Shown one piece after another: positions 1 through 12,039 of a DNA stretch of 64,000 nucleotides. The DNA is from Oikopleura dioica (Eukaryota > Animalia > Chordata). Both the position numbers and the translations under genes were made by a program. How positions within the stretch are numbered: position 1 is the stretch's first letter; each line of letters opens with the position of its first letter. The notes under the pieces were generated by a model that was not told where the DNA came from, searched no databases, and saw nothing but the letters and a program-made list of their open reading frames with translations. The stretch is taken from assembly GCA_907165135.1 (NCBI GenBank), contig OU015568.1, positions 1,550,001 through 1,614,000 of the forward strand. Direction: 5' to 3'.

Positions 1-2134
1 TCGCAGATTTGCTGATTGGAATAATCGTTACTCCCCTCGCCTTGTATCAGGAATTCAATGAATGGCCAAGCGCAGTTCCTTGTAAATTTTGGATAACGCT
101 AGGTACACCCTTCTGTCTTCTTATGATCTTGATTCTTGAACGTAGATATAACTTGCTGTACCGCCTCGTGTCTCAGTTTAATGATCATTTCCCTGGATCG
201 CTGGTTCACTTGCAAGCGGCCGATTCCTCCGAAGTGGTACACAGGTAAATTTGGAATACAGTCGGGGACAACTAACTCAGAAGGAGAAAAAATAAGCGAA
301 CCATAAAACATGTTAATTGACGTTCTTAGCTGCCGCCTAAATAATTAAGACTTCTTCCCCTTACAAATCAAACGAACCCAATAAATAGTCATATTTGATA
401 GACAGAAGAGCAGATCAAGTAATCGTCATTGTCTGGATAATCTCCGTTACCGTCTCGGCGCTTACAGTACATTCTGTCGACGAGGAAAATCAGCTCATGC
501 TCCGCTCCAGGCTCTTTAATCAAAGCGACAGTATGCGTTGGGAATGTGTGGCGAGCTTTAGCCCGTTTTATGCAATATGGTCAGTCTTCCTTGATTTCAA
601 CGACTTCACTCATTTCGTAGCTCGGCGACGGTGAGCTTCATCATTCCTGGAATCATCATTGTCGTCTCCAATATTGGTATCATCACTGTCTCAGCAAAGC
701 TGAACGAGCGGAATCGAAAAAGAATGCTTTCATCGCCAGCTGGAATGCTCAAGCGAAAAAATCCAAGGTTCGACTTCTCAAAAAGGAGCCTCAGACTCTT
801 GTCTTACTGCTTTGTAAAAACAAAATTGAGCATGATTAGCTGAATTGGCTGTTTCAACCAGAAACACAAAATAATTCAACTCATGTCGCTTGCATAATAA
901 CTTCAGAGTCTTAAAAACATGTGTCTTGAAACACGCTATCTAAAAATTGAAATTGTAGAGCGGCCCAGCAAATCGCTGCAAACGACCGGCTGGGGCCATT
1001 ATTTTCCATCAGCGAGCCCCTCTGCAGCAAGTGAGTCGCTAATCATAGTCTTCATCGGATCACGTGCGATTTTAGAGCCCCAAGCCTGGATGTTTCAAAA
1101 GCATTATCCTCCAGCGAAAAGAATCGTCGGGAAAGAAGACTGAACAGGACTTGCACCTTGATAAGCATTTGCTTCGTCTTTTGTTGGCTTCCTTTTTCAA
1201 TTCTGCAGAGCGTTCGGAGCGTTTTTCCCTCAACTTTTGATGGTTAGAGCCTAATTTAGAACCCCCTTTCTTTATTTTTCTTAAAAAAGTTTCTTTTCCA
1301 GGGGTCAACATCATTTTCGACATAACGATTTGGCTTGGTTGGGGAAATTCAGCATTGAATCCGGTTATTTATTACTCAAATCTGGAGCATTTCAATAGGC
1401 TGAAGAATTTTATTCTGAAAGTTGGCGGGGAGTCCTCTATTTGGACTCGCCCGACGAGGTCGAATTCGAAAGAAGGAAGAGGCACAAATGGGTAAGAGAA
1501 TGAGGATATCGTTTCGTTTACATTCAATCAAGCCCGATTCTACCAAAATCCCCGACGATAGACAATGTGCTCCCGCGCTGGCTGGACAAAAAGCGAGAAA
1601 AAAGGTAAGAACTAGTAAGATAAAACTGCTCTTATCAAATTCTTCCATAGAAAATCGCACGACACTCTATCCGTCCGAAGCAGGGCTGCTGAATTCGGAG
1701 CGTTTGCGTTTGCCCGCGATTTTTTGGCGGAAGATCCGCTGATTTTCTCCGTTTCTCCGCGCTATTCTCCGATCGTCCGATCGTCCGAGTTTATCCGCCG
1801 CGCGGATCGTCCGCGATTACCCGCTACCCTTTTTCTCTAGCCAATCAAAAGGGAGGAACACCGTTTAAATTCGTCTTTTCAGCGGAAATTTCGGCGGATT
1901 ATCCGCGATTCTCCGCTCCCTTTTCTCCGCTTGAAACCGGCGGATCTTCCGTGAAAAAAACTGCGGATTTTCCGTGAAACAGCTGCGGATTTTCCGCCAA
2001 AGAAATCGCGGGTAAACGCAAACGCTCCGAATTCAGCAGCCCTGGTCCGAAGCTCTTTTGGCCAAGACTCTCTTGCTCCTGGTCAAACAACTCTCTCTGC
2101 TCAAACTCAAGATCCAATCCTGCAATTTTTATGA
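1..2134 (+). CDS. Aminergic class-A GPCR (catecholamine-receptor-like), 5' part outside the window, multi-exon; last predicted exon interrupted by a MITE
   Basis: Manual splicing gives TM2 ADLLIGIIVTP, ECL1 W plus C3.25 (EWPSAVPCKFW), TM3 DITCCTASCLSLMIISLDRW (D3.32, DRW), TM4 VIVIVWIIS, TM5 YAICSATVSFIIP, TM6 RRERRLNRTCTLISICFVFCWLPF and TM7 WLGWGNSALNPVIY. The C-tail exons (to TGA 2132-2134) are less certain. Confidence 0.9.
1681..2044. mobile_element. hAT-type MITE, 364 bp, 42-bp TIRs, 8-bp TSD
   Basis: TIR CAGGGCTGCTGAATTCGGAGCGTTTGCGTTT(G/A)CCCGCGATTT at 1681-1722 and inverted at 2003-2044 (1 mismatch). GTCCGAAG is duplicated at 1673-1680 and 2045-2052. An 8-bp TSD with CAG termini is typical of hAT. 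Confidence 0.92.
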
Positions 2135-2597
2135 CAAAAAGAAAGAGACAAGTGATTTTTTTTTTTTGAATATTTTTTTTGTATTTGGCAATTCTTTTAC
2201 ATAAATATAGACAGAGCCTTTCACCTTCATCAATCTTCCTCGGCTACAGCGAGCAGTAGCGTCATAAAATTTCGATCAAGGACTAGGTCCTACTTTTGGT
2301 AAGACGAAGCTTAAAGTACTCCGCTATCCGCTGCAGGTCACGACGCACCTGTCGATCACGCGTGCACCGTGCGGTCTCGTCATTTCCCACGAAACAAGAG
2401 GTCTCCTTTGGAGAGTCTTGCTTCGCGGCTTGATCAGAGACCGGTTGGTATTAAGAGCCCACGGAGAGCTTCAAGTGCTTAACGAAAGTTGAGGTTCATT
2501 CCTGCAGCGGAGAATGGCGTGAAAGGTGAAGTGTACGGATTACAATAGTAGTGGTTTTAAAATAGGCTTTAAAAGCAGTGATCTTAAAACACTGAAT

Positions 2598-3278
2598 TTA
2601 AGCGAAGAGGGAGTTGGGGTTGGCTGGCTGAGCGTCGGAGGAGAATCCGAAGTAGGAGATCTGAGCGACATCACCGAAGGCGCAGGAGAGGGAGCTTCCG
2701 GAAGTGGACATGGCGTCACCGTTGCAGGTCTGGTTCTGGACGGCACCGAAGGAAGAGAGATCGACGGCGAAGGAGTCGTCAGCGTTGGCAACTGGGACCT
2801 GGAAGTTGTTGTTGTCTGGGGCAAAGGCGAAGTTTCCGATGAGGTTGGCTCGGCCCTCGGCGGCTCCCTGGTCGACGCAGGAGACGGAGATGTCGGCCTC
2901 AGTTCCGCAGGTGGAGTTGTCGAGGTTTCCATCAGCATCGTAGGACTGTGGGAAGAAGGCGAGGACCTCAACGGTGGAACCCTCGAAGATACCTTCGAAA
3001 GAGGTGAAGGTAGAGTCGGAAGTCCAAAAGACACCACCGACGGAGACGAAGGAAGTGGCGTAACCACCGAAGGAGATGGTGCAGGTGGCGTTGACTGGGG
3101 AGTCACCGGCATCGACGGAGGCGACGGCACCGCAGGTCTGGACATCGTTCTGTCCTTGCCATTCGGCGGCGGAGGCCTAGAAGTAAAATGTCAAATCGAT
3201 ATATCGAAAATTTTTATTTTTTTTTAAATTTTTTTCTCTGATACTTACAAAAGCAGCGAGGGTGGCGGCGATCTTCAT
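2598..3278 (-). CDS. Secreted oikosin-like (house/extracellular matrix) glycoprotein, 202 aa, 2 exons (3278-3249, 3176-2598)
   Basis: MKIAATLAAF|ASAAEWQGQNDVQTCGAV...FTSFEGIFEGSTVEVLAFFPQSYDADGNLDNSTCGTEADISVSCVDQG...NPNSLFA*. It has a signal peptide, 6 Cys, N-glycosylation sequons NAT/NST/NQT, a GT-AG intron and strong C-ending codon bias. Resemblance to oikosin 7 is from memory and needs BLAST. This frame is absent from the ORF track. Confidence 0.8.
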
Positions 3279-3345
3279 TTTGAAAAGTTTTAGAAGAGTT
3301 TAGATACTTGAGCTAGAACTGATCTTCGCAGTGCTGATGCGATGA

Positions 3346-3352
3346 TTTTATA
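3346..3352 (-). promoter_or_regulatory. TATA box of the oikosin-like gene
   Basis: TATAAAA on the minus strand about 70 nt upstream of the ATG at 3278, next to a GC-rich proximal region. Confidence 0.55.
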
Positions 3353-6300
3353 GCGCGGCGCTTGGAGCACTTTCGATAGTTGGCGCGCGCGAGCACGCGT
3401 GAGCGTTCATGAAATCGAGCGTGGGATTCTCTGAACGTATCCGCTCGTACCACTTTTTGCATTTCGAGATCTCCTCTCAAATATCTCGTTTCTCGAAAAT
3501 CAATATGGATCGGCAACTTTTGATGAAAGACTGATTGAAATCAAGGAAGAAAACTGATTTTTATTCAAATTTCTTGGCTATTCACAATTCTCAGCACGCT
3601 TTTAAGGTCTTTAAAAATGCCCTTACATTTTTTGTAAGCTTTTCTGATGATTTTCGCAGAAAGAGTACCTCGATGTCAGATTTTATAAGCCAAAGTAACG
3701 AACCTTTGAAAAGTAGCGTTAGAAAGTAGGACGAGTAGTTCTACTTCTAGACAGAAAATGTCCTGGGGTCAAATTTTCCAAGCTCAAAAAGCTGATCGAC
3801 AAGAAATCTTCACGTGCTTCAGCCTCAAGGCTAGTTAGAACAAGCTCGCCCTTTCCTTCTTGAGTACAGAGCATGCTTCTTTCGAACGTGTCTCACTGAG
3901 AAACGGAGCCAGACCGTCATTCTATTGGTAAGTATGGGAGCAAATGTGATTCTCAAAAGAACAAATTGAAAAGTACCTCGTTTAGGATTAACGAAAACGT
4001 GGCCTAATCTTTTTCCTCCAAGTCATTCTTTCTCCTTTTACGAGTTCAGGCCTAGTTAGTGGAAATTTATTTTGGTGAAAAATATCGTCATGATACGATT
4101 CGTCATCAAAGTGCGTCTCGTGTCTCTCGCTAACTCCGTAGTACTCGGAAGCGACCGCATATTTAACCCGAAAACACGGGAGGGTCAAAAATGAAATTAT
4201 CCACTTTGAAAATCCGGGGAGGGATCACTCTGATCATCATTAAACGAGGGCTTATTGAAATTCGAGCGCGAGAACGGAGTTAGCGAAGGTTGAAATTTCG
4301 AAAATTGCCACTTAGAGGGGTTCTTTAGAGCTTGGCTTTAGAAATTCTGCTGAAAAGGAGATGGAGCTCTAGAGTTTTTGGATTGCTGCCAACTTTTTCG
4401 CTGGCTTTACGAAGGAACGTGAACGTAATCGGATCAACCTGTTCGGCTTGGAATTCCAAGGAGAACTCAGAAGACTTCTTCAACGCAAAAGTTGACGAAT
4501 GTCAGCAGAAAATAGACACCTGAACTAGTTTCAACCAGAGTAACTCTTTATCTTTAACCATGCGTAGTAAGCGTGAGAGGAACTATCCCTGAAGATAAGC
4601 TAGCGTAACGATAAGCCTATTTCGCCCTTGTCAGAATAAACGTCAAACAAGGATGTCCAAAAGTGACTTGGGAGCGTTTTTGAATTACGAAAGTTGACTC
4701 TGTTTTTCTCCACTAGAAATCACTGCATTCTTCTTTTGAGCGTTGCCATTCTTGTTTCACATTTTTGAGTCATCCGCCGCCGCCCCAGATAGAAAATTAA
4801 CCCCAAAACAAGCATAATGGTGCAATGGCGAAATCGTGGGCACAAATCTTCATAAGTCGTTTTGCGAAAAATTCACGAGTCGCTTTACTAAGTCGCTGAG
4901 AGTCAAACAGCTGTGCCCACACGGGTCAGAAGCGCTAATTCTTTCGATTTGTTGATAGTCGAAAATGCTTGTCGAGCAAATTTTTTGATCAAAAGTTACT
5001 TTGAAAAATGAAATTGGAAAACGAAACTCGTGCTGATTTTTTCAACCCCACGTTTTGAGCTTATCTAAAGAGCTGCGGTATTTTCTCAAGGAATTAGTGT
5101 GCGCTGCAGTGAAAATAAAGCTGCAAATTTCATCTACGAGGGATTGATTTAATCCTGGGTGAAATCCGGACAAGTCAAGTTCGGAGAATTTTTTTCGAAA
5201 TTCAAAATTCAAAATCAAAGTCGAATATTCTGAATATTCAGAATTTTAAATATTCTGATAAGAAAAGTTCATTTTCGATGAATTTTTTGACCAAAGTCTT
5301 TGAAACGAAAAATAGTTTCGAAAATCAATTTGATTTGCAAAAAAAAGACTGTTTTTTATTGTCTACAAAAAATATTCTTAGAATTTTATTATTGAAAAAT
5401 GTCAAAAAGTCTGATTCAAGTGACAAGTCAGAGTTCTCGAGCTTTCAACCCGCGGCGTGTCCTTCTGACGTGTAACATCTGTAATTGACAGATAACGAGA
5501 AAGCGCGCTGATACGAGTGCGAGGCTTCAAAAACGGAAACCGCACGAAACTCAAATAATCAGCCTTGCTCTCTACCGAAATTCGCGTCTTTTCAAAATTC
5601 GTCAAAGCGTTTTTTCTATTTATTCTTCTTTAGTACCACTAAAACTCATGGGAAGAAAATGACGCGGCTCGAACCTGCATTAACCCGTGTAGAAGGCCAT
5701 CTGTCGAGGTTAAATTGATGGCGTCGCTCAATCTTCGTAAATCTAGCGCTGCCGTAACGAGGTAAATCGCCACGTACGTCGAATACGCAGTGCACGCGAG
5801 ATATGCATGAGCCTCGCCGCTAGACCCCGCAGCTTCTATCCGCCATCCGCTCCGTTTCCCAAAGAACTTGACAAGAAATGGGACAAGTTTTGTCTGGAAA
5901 ATAGTCTTTTAAAGTGGCAAGACTTTGGAATTTTCGATTTTTTGTCTACTTTTTGAGAAGTTTTTTTCAGTACGAAAAATTGGAGCACGTGTTAAGCGGC
6001 CTCAAGTAAGCCGCAAAATTAAAGTCGTCGCCCGATTTTGCGTTAAAACTACGTTACGTGTTATTTCTTCTGAGAGGAACGTCGCTGAGGCCCAAGTGTT
6101 TAGAAAATAATCAGCAGTGGTCGCACCTCCCACGTGGAAGGCCTTATCGCAACCTTTTTTAAAGTGCTACTTCTACTGATACGAGCCGCGGGCGAGAACG
6201 AACTTAAGTTTCTACTTTTAACTTTAGAGTATTCCAAAAAGTACGTTTGATATTCTAATCCTAGTCGAAAAACTCGAATCTTTTTGATAAAAAAATCGAA

Positions 6301-8977
6301 ATTCTCGTCGAAAATTTCGAAATTTTGTCGAAAAATCTAATTTTAAATCGTCCATATCGCTATAAAAGTCGAAAAAAATTGATCAAGAAACGTCGAAAAT
6401 CTCTAGATGAAAAATTCCATCTTTTTGAAAACATCGCTTTTTGCAAAAATCTTTCTAGAGCAGAAGTTGTTGTGAGGCCTTTTTTAGTGAGATGGTCAGT
6501 CTACGGATTTATTCCGTCCGAGAGGCACAAGAAAATCGTAAGTACCTGAGATTTCCTATTTTTTTAATTAATAAATACTCGTAGAAAGCGAATCAATCGT
6601 TGTGTAGAACGTTTAAGTAAGTCTACACAACGAAAACGACTCCAAGAATGGAGAAATTGACGAAGGATACGAGCCGAATAAAGGCCCGAGCGGCTATGTA
6701 ATCGTTTTCCTGAAAAAGGCGAACGAGCAAACGATCTACCATCATCCGACGATGACCGCAATTGTACCTGAATAAAATCAATTTCTTTCGCAAAAATGTA
6801 AAAAAAAAGAGTCAGTCAAAATCGTTTGTTTGCTGATTCTAGTGTGTTCTTGTTTTTCTTGCAGGCCAAAAATTCTAGAGCTAGAACCGGGAAGGCCATT
6901 TTTTGGCAAAAGTTATGTTCAAATCTAAATGGAATTTGTGAAAAGCAGGATGGATAAACTCAATGAACTCTGAAGCGCATCTCAAGGTGCTCAAAGCTTT
7001 GGGAGTTGTTCAAGCTTGGCGGAGCGTGTCTTCTGAGCTGGAGCCGAGGGCCGGCTGAGTCGCGGCCGCTGAGCAACCAAGTTGAAAGAGCAACATCCTA
7101 AACTCGACGCCACTCGTCAAAATCACCGCTTTCACGCCTCAGCAGACTAACGCAAAACGGGCAACTGATTCCGATCAGCTCGACCGTAATTAAAATTACG
7201 AGGAAATTGCTTTTCGATCAAACAAAACTTCTTCTATTTCCAACAAACAACTTTGGTGACCTCCATTTTAACGGATCTAATAATTGACAAAGAAAATTTT
7301 TTTTTGTCTTTTTTAAAGTTCATTTTAAAAGGACGGGAAAACGAAAAAATTCCTCACTTACAGTGGTAAACTCCTTTTGGTGGTTTTTGGTATTCGTTTT
7401 CATCGAAATGGCCTAGAAACTTGCGTCGGCCACTTGAAGCCACTTGACTCGACATCTCAGAATGCTCGTAATACCGATGCAAGCAGGTTCGTTATCATCG
7501 CTACTAGCTACCGAAAAGTACTAGCCAAAAGAATTTCCAAAACCCGCATTTGCTACCACACTTAAACCTTCCCCTGCGTTTTATTCTTGAGCCAAAGCAG
7601 GGCTACTTCTGATCATTGCCAAGGTACAACGCTTTTACTAAGAAAAAGCTCTTTTTTACTCCTTTTAATTTAATTTGATCTTGATTTTTCTTCAAGGACA
7701 AATCTTTTTAAGCCAGATAATCATTTATCGCCCTAATTTTCAATCTTGAAATTGATCCATCCCACTTTCACAACTTGGATCATCACTGCTCAATTAACAC
7801 GGCTACTGAGCTCAGTTCAGTATTAGTAAAACCGTATTACAGTCAGGCAGGGGACGAGGGGGGAAAAGTTGGCGGTGTTTTCTTAGAAAACAACTTCACA
7901 CGAGCACTTGTCTGGTACTGGCCTCGTTTTTGTGTGTCTGAGATCATAAAATTTCGCGGAGACGAAAATAGGACAACTCAATATCGGATGTCTTGACGTT
8001 GGGCCGCCCATTTCAACTTTTGATTTCAAGGTACATTCCTTTATTATATTATATTCCTTTATTAAAATTTCACTCAAGTAAAGCCGCATAGAAATTCTAA
8101 TGGAAACATCATGCTTTGGATAGGTCAAAAACTGTTTAATCTAAAAATTATCAATCGGTCTTTTGAATACCACTCTTATGGTCTTTTAAATCAGTTTAAA
8201 TTAATTGAAATGTGTCTTCCTTCTGTCAGAGCGGAAGTACTCTTATTCGGAATAACTTATTCCGCTTCAAGAAATAGCGAAGCTGGTTTAAGAGAACTTG
8301 ATCCGTGAAAATCTGACGGATCCCACTGAGCATCAGTCGGCGGTCGGACGAAAATCCATATCGATTTTTGAAAAGATCATTGATCCCAAGCGAATTTTTG
8401 AAAACTTAGCTGTCTAAAACTCAGACTTTAAAAAAATAAGAGTTTCTAAAAAAATGATATAACTTATAATTAAACAAGAATTAAAGACAACGCTTTTTAC
8501 GCAAACGGTTCGAACGATAGATAATTCATAATAATAAGTTTTCTTTTTCTTGAAAAAGTAAATGAAGAAGACTTTGAGAAACCAGTTTTCAGAAACGATC
8601 ACTTGTTTATTTCCACTTGATCGGGTCTGAATCAGACAATCCGCGCCCAGACGAGGAGGAGGAGCTCAGCCGTTGTTTCTTTATCCCTCGTCTTTTGACA
8701 GACGTGATCCTCTAAAAAGAGGATGAGGCGCCAAGGAGCGTCTGGGATGATCAAGTCTGAGTGTTGGCGCGGAGCCAACGGCCGCCCTCTCGCCGCCGCC
8801 TAACGACCAAAGTCTGGGTCGACGATCAACAACAACAACGTTCAGTCACAGTCAGCGGAACTCAGATTCAAATTCAGAATTCAGCAAAATCAGAAGACTA
8901 AGATTTGAAATTCAGAAATCCAAACTTTTCAATCAGAGACATTATACTTTATAAGAGATAACTGACAGAAAGTATCA

Positions 8978-11547
8978 ATGTCACTGGACTTAGGTCGCAC
9001 AGGGATACCCCAAGTAGGGGGGCTTCCGACACCATCACTTCCACATGTTATGAGGTAAGCTTCAGAGTTGTTAATTTAGAAAGAAAGCCGCTTGTGCCTT
9101 TCAAAAGATAATAATAATAATTCCAACCATTTTTCCGTTCAGATTTCCGATGAATTTCAACCCAATGATGAGCATGTACAACCCTTATCAATATCCCGCT
9201 GCGCAATTCTTCCGACCTCATCTCAATCCCGCAACTCAGCAGGCGACTTCACCGGCGCTCAAGGCTTTTAATCAGACTCCAACGTACATTTCTTCCAACG
9301 CTTCGCTAAACGATACTGGCAGCTCAAGATCGGACAATTCTTCTGATTCGCCTCCGCATTCTCATATTCATGGTAAGTCGAAAATCAACCGAATTGCGAT
9401 ATTGATAAAAATCTAATTTAATTATCAAGAAAAATCAAATCTTTTAACTTCAATTTGGCCAAAATAATAATAAAATTATGGTTTTTTTTCTTTAATTCTG
9501 AAAAAATCTATATTCTGAATACTAGGCACTCAAGTTAAGGGTGTTATTTTGCGCGAACTTTGCCCATCAAGTATGGATTTATCGATTCCTTTTTTTCGCA
9601 TAGCCCCAAAAAGTCTGATCCCTTGTCCTCCTTTTTTTGTTGTCAAGTGGGGCGCGCCAAAATTTTGCGGAGTGAGACAATTAACTCGCGGCTGAGTGAG
9701 TTTAGCCCTCTTCGGAGAAAAAAAAGAAGATTGACGGGACAAATAAAAACATGACGAGGGTTTCAACACACTTGGATGCGCTTTGTTTGCTCGTAAGACT
9801 TCTCGGAAAAGTTTCTTTTTAACCATCTCGGAAATTGATTGTCTTTATGATTGATATTAAAATAAATTAAGAAGGATTAGAAAATCTCCCCCAAAATTTT
9901 TATAAAGAAAAAAAAACGATTCAAAGTTTTATGGTTTCTATTTAATTTTTCATTTCATTTTCAGATCAATCCGAAATCGGCTCCCGAAATGGCGAAAAAA
10001 CATGTCGAATCTGCGGCGACCGAGCAACAGGACTCCACTACGGAATCATCTCCTGCGAAGGCTGTAAGGGATTCTTCAAGCGCTCAATTTGCAACCGCCG
10101 AGTTTACCGCTGCACCAGGGATAAAATGTGCATGATGTCCCGAAAGCAGCGCAATCGATGTCAGTACTGTCGGCTGAAAAGATGTCTCGAAGCGGGAATG
10201 AATAGAAAGGCGATTCGAGAAGATGGCATGCCGGGAGGAAGGAACAAGTCGATCGGGCCGATTCAAATGAGCGCAGAGGAGATTTCAGCGGTCATGGACG
10301 GAACGGTCTTCAATGAGAACCACAAAGAATCGACGCCGATTTCGAATCATTCTCCACCAATCCAGCAGCTGCCAGCGCCACCAGCTCTTCGTATTCCTGA
10401 AAATCCACCTCGTAAGAATCAAACTTTTAAAAAACCGCTCCTATTTTCTTCCTTGATTTCAATTTTTTCTTTTAGCGACAGTTTTCCAGCCACAATTCAT
10501 GAATTTCACCTCAACGCCTCAAATGCCCAAAATCGTGCCGAAAATCGACCCCGTTGGAGAAATCCTCGACCTCGACCATTTCCAACAAATCGGAATTCTC
10601 AAGAGTGTGGCTTCCCGCGAATCGCTAAATACAAGCGTAAGCCCCTTTCAACCCCTTTATTTCTACCTTAAATTTAGGAACTGCTTCTGTTTCTCGCCAA
10701 ATCAGCAGATGAGCTGCTCAAAAAGCAAATCGACTGGGCCAAGTCTCTTCCCTTCGCTGGAGAAATCACTCTTCAAGATCATATTTCGCTTCTTATGAAC
10801 ACTTGGTTTTGATTTCACGTTTTCCTTTTCACTTATTTTTATGTCATTTCAGGGCGGAAACTATGGTTCTCTATACATTCACGATTCACCATGATGATAT
10901 CTTTCAAACGCTCGGAGAAGTAGTTCAGAAATCAGAGTCCCTTAGGTACAGAAAACGAAGCGGACCGCAGTTAATGATGGATTTCTAGCGCTGCGGAAAT
11001 CCAAGATGAAGATTTGGACATCGTCGAGGATATTCTGAGAGTTTACGCGCAATTTGCAGGGCTTCGAATTACAAAGAACGAATTGTCAATCATCAAACTG
11101 ATCAATTTTCTCAACCACGGTAAATTGAATTGAATACAATAAATAGGGCTCAGAAAGTTCTTTTCGATTTTATTTCTTCTTTGATTCATTTATGTTCCTT
11201 ATTTAATCTTTGCTGCCAGTGATAATGCCTTTTAGACATTGCGGGACTGAAAGACCCTAATCAAGTCGAAGCGCTCAACAAAAAGTACTGGTTCCTCTTC
11301 CAACACTGGCTCAATGAAAGAAACCTCCCGACAAGATTCCGAGAACTCGTCCGAGCAATACCAAACACAAGAATTCTAGCATCGAAGTTGAAACAAATTG
11401 AGGATCTTGAACGACTCAGCACCATCTTCACGGTAAGCCAAACAACAGATCTTTCATCTCTTATTTCATTTTCTTCAGCAATCAATAATCCGAATCCGAA
11501 ACAGTGGCCTCGAAGAAGCTCCAGAAATCGCTCAAGAGCATATTTAA
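8978..11547 (+). CDS. NR6A1: Nuclear receptor GCNF (germ cell nuclear factor), multi-exon
   Basis: DBD CRICGDRATGLHYGIISCEGCKGFFKRSICNRRVYRCTRDKMCMMSRKQRNRCQYCRLKRCLEAGMNRKAIREDGMPGGRNK is near-identical to vertebrate GCNF. LBD helix 3-5 reads ADELLKKQIDWAKSLPF...QDHISLLMNTW. Exons splice in phase from ATG 8978 to TAA 11545-11547. Confidence 0.95.
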
Positions 11548-12039
11548 AATCTATTTCTGAACGTCTTTTGCCTCATTTTTCCGTATCTATTCATTTTTCA
11601 TGCCTTATTTTCAGCCTGCTCCATGCTAGTTCCAAAAATGCATACGTTTTTAAGGCAACGAAAAACATTTTATTATATTTCTGTCTTCCTTAGTAAGGAA
11701 TCCTTACCTCGCAAAAACCCATGTCTATTCTTGATTTCTTATTATCCTTTGATATTTTCAAAGGGATTCATGTCTAGAACTCGTTGACACTTCTGTTTTG
11801 ACTTGTAAATAAACAAAAATATTCTATAAAAACAATAATTGAAAGTGTCTACTTCCATGCCATAGATACTTACGACAACCGGTACAGTACTTATAGTGGT
11901 AATGCAGTCAGAGTCCTTGACGGTATTGTTAAATATTAACCTTACATTTGCTTTGAATTTTTTCGCGCAAAATAGACTTTTCACTTTGATAATTTTTCTT
12001 GTATAATCATATTTTTTACAAAATACTCGAGCGTAAAAG

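Noticed and set aside
2250-2530. GC-rich island between the convergent GPCR and oikosin-like genes, considered as an ncRNA
   Set aside because: Only short stems; no tRNA, snRNA or snoRNA box pattern recognised.
2540-3145. 201-aa S/P/T-rich minus-strand ORF resembling a mucin
   Set aside because: Off-frame reading of the same exon. The spliced frame with signal peptide and paired Cys is the coherent one.
2526-3227. 233-aa plus-strand ORF (G/V/E-rich)
   Set aside because: Antisense shadow of the codon-biased oikosin-like exon; it has no independent gene signals.
3988-4523. Short ORFs upstream of GCNF
   Set aside because: They could not be linked by in-phase splice sites and show no recognisable motifs or codon bias.
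11742-11984. 80-aa minus-strand ORF between GCNF and the 12040 gene
   Set aside because: AT-rich, no domain, no consistent splice partners.
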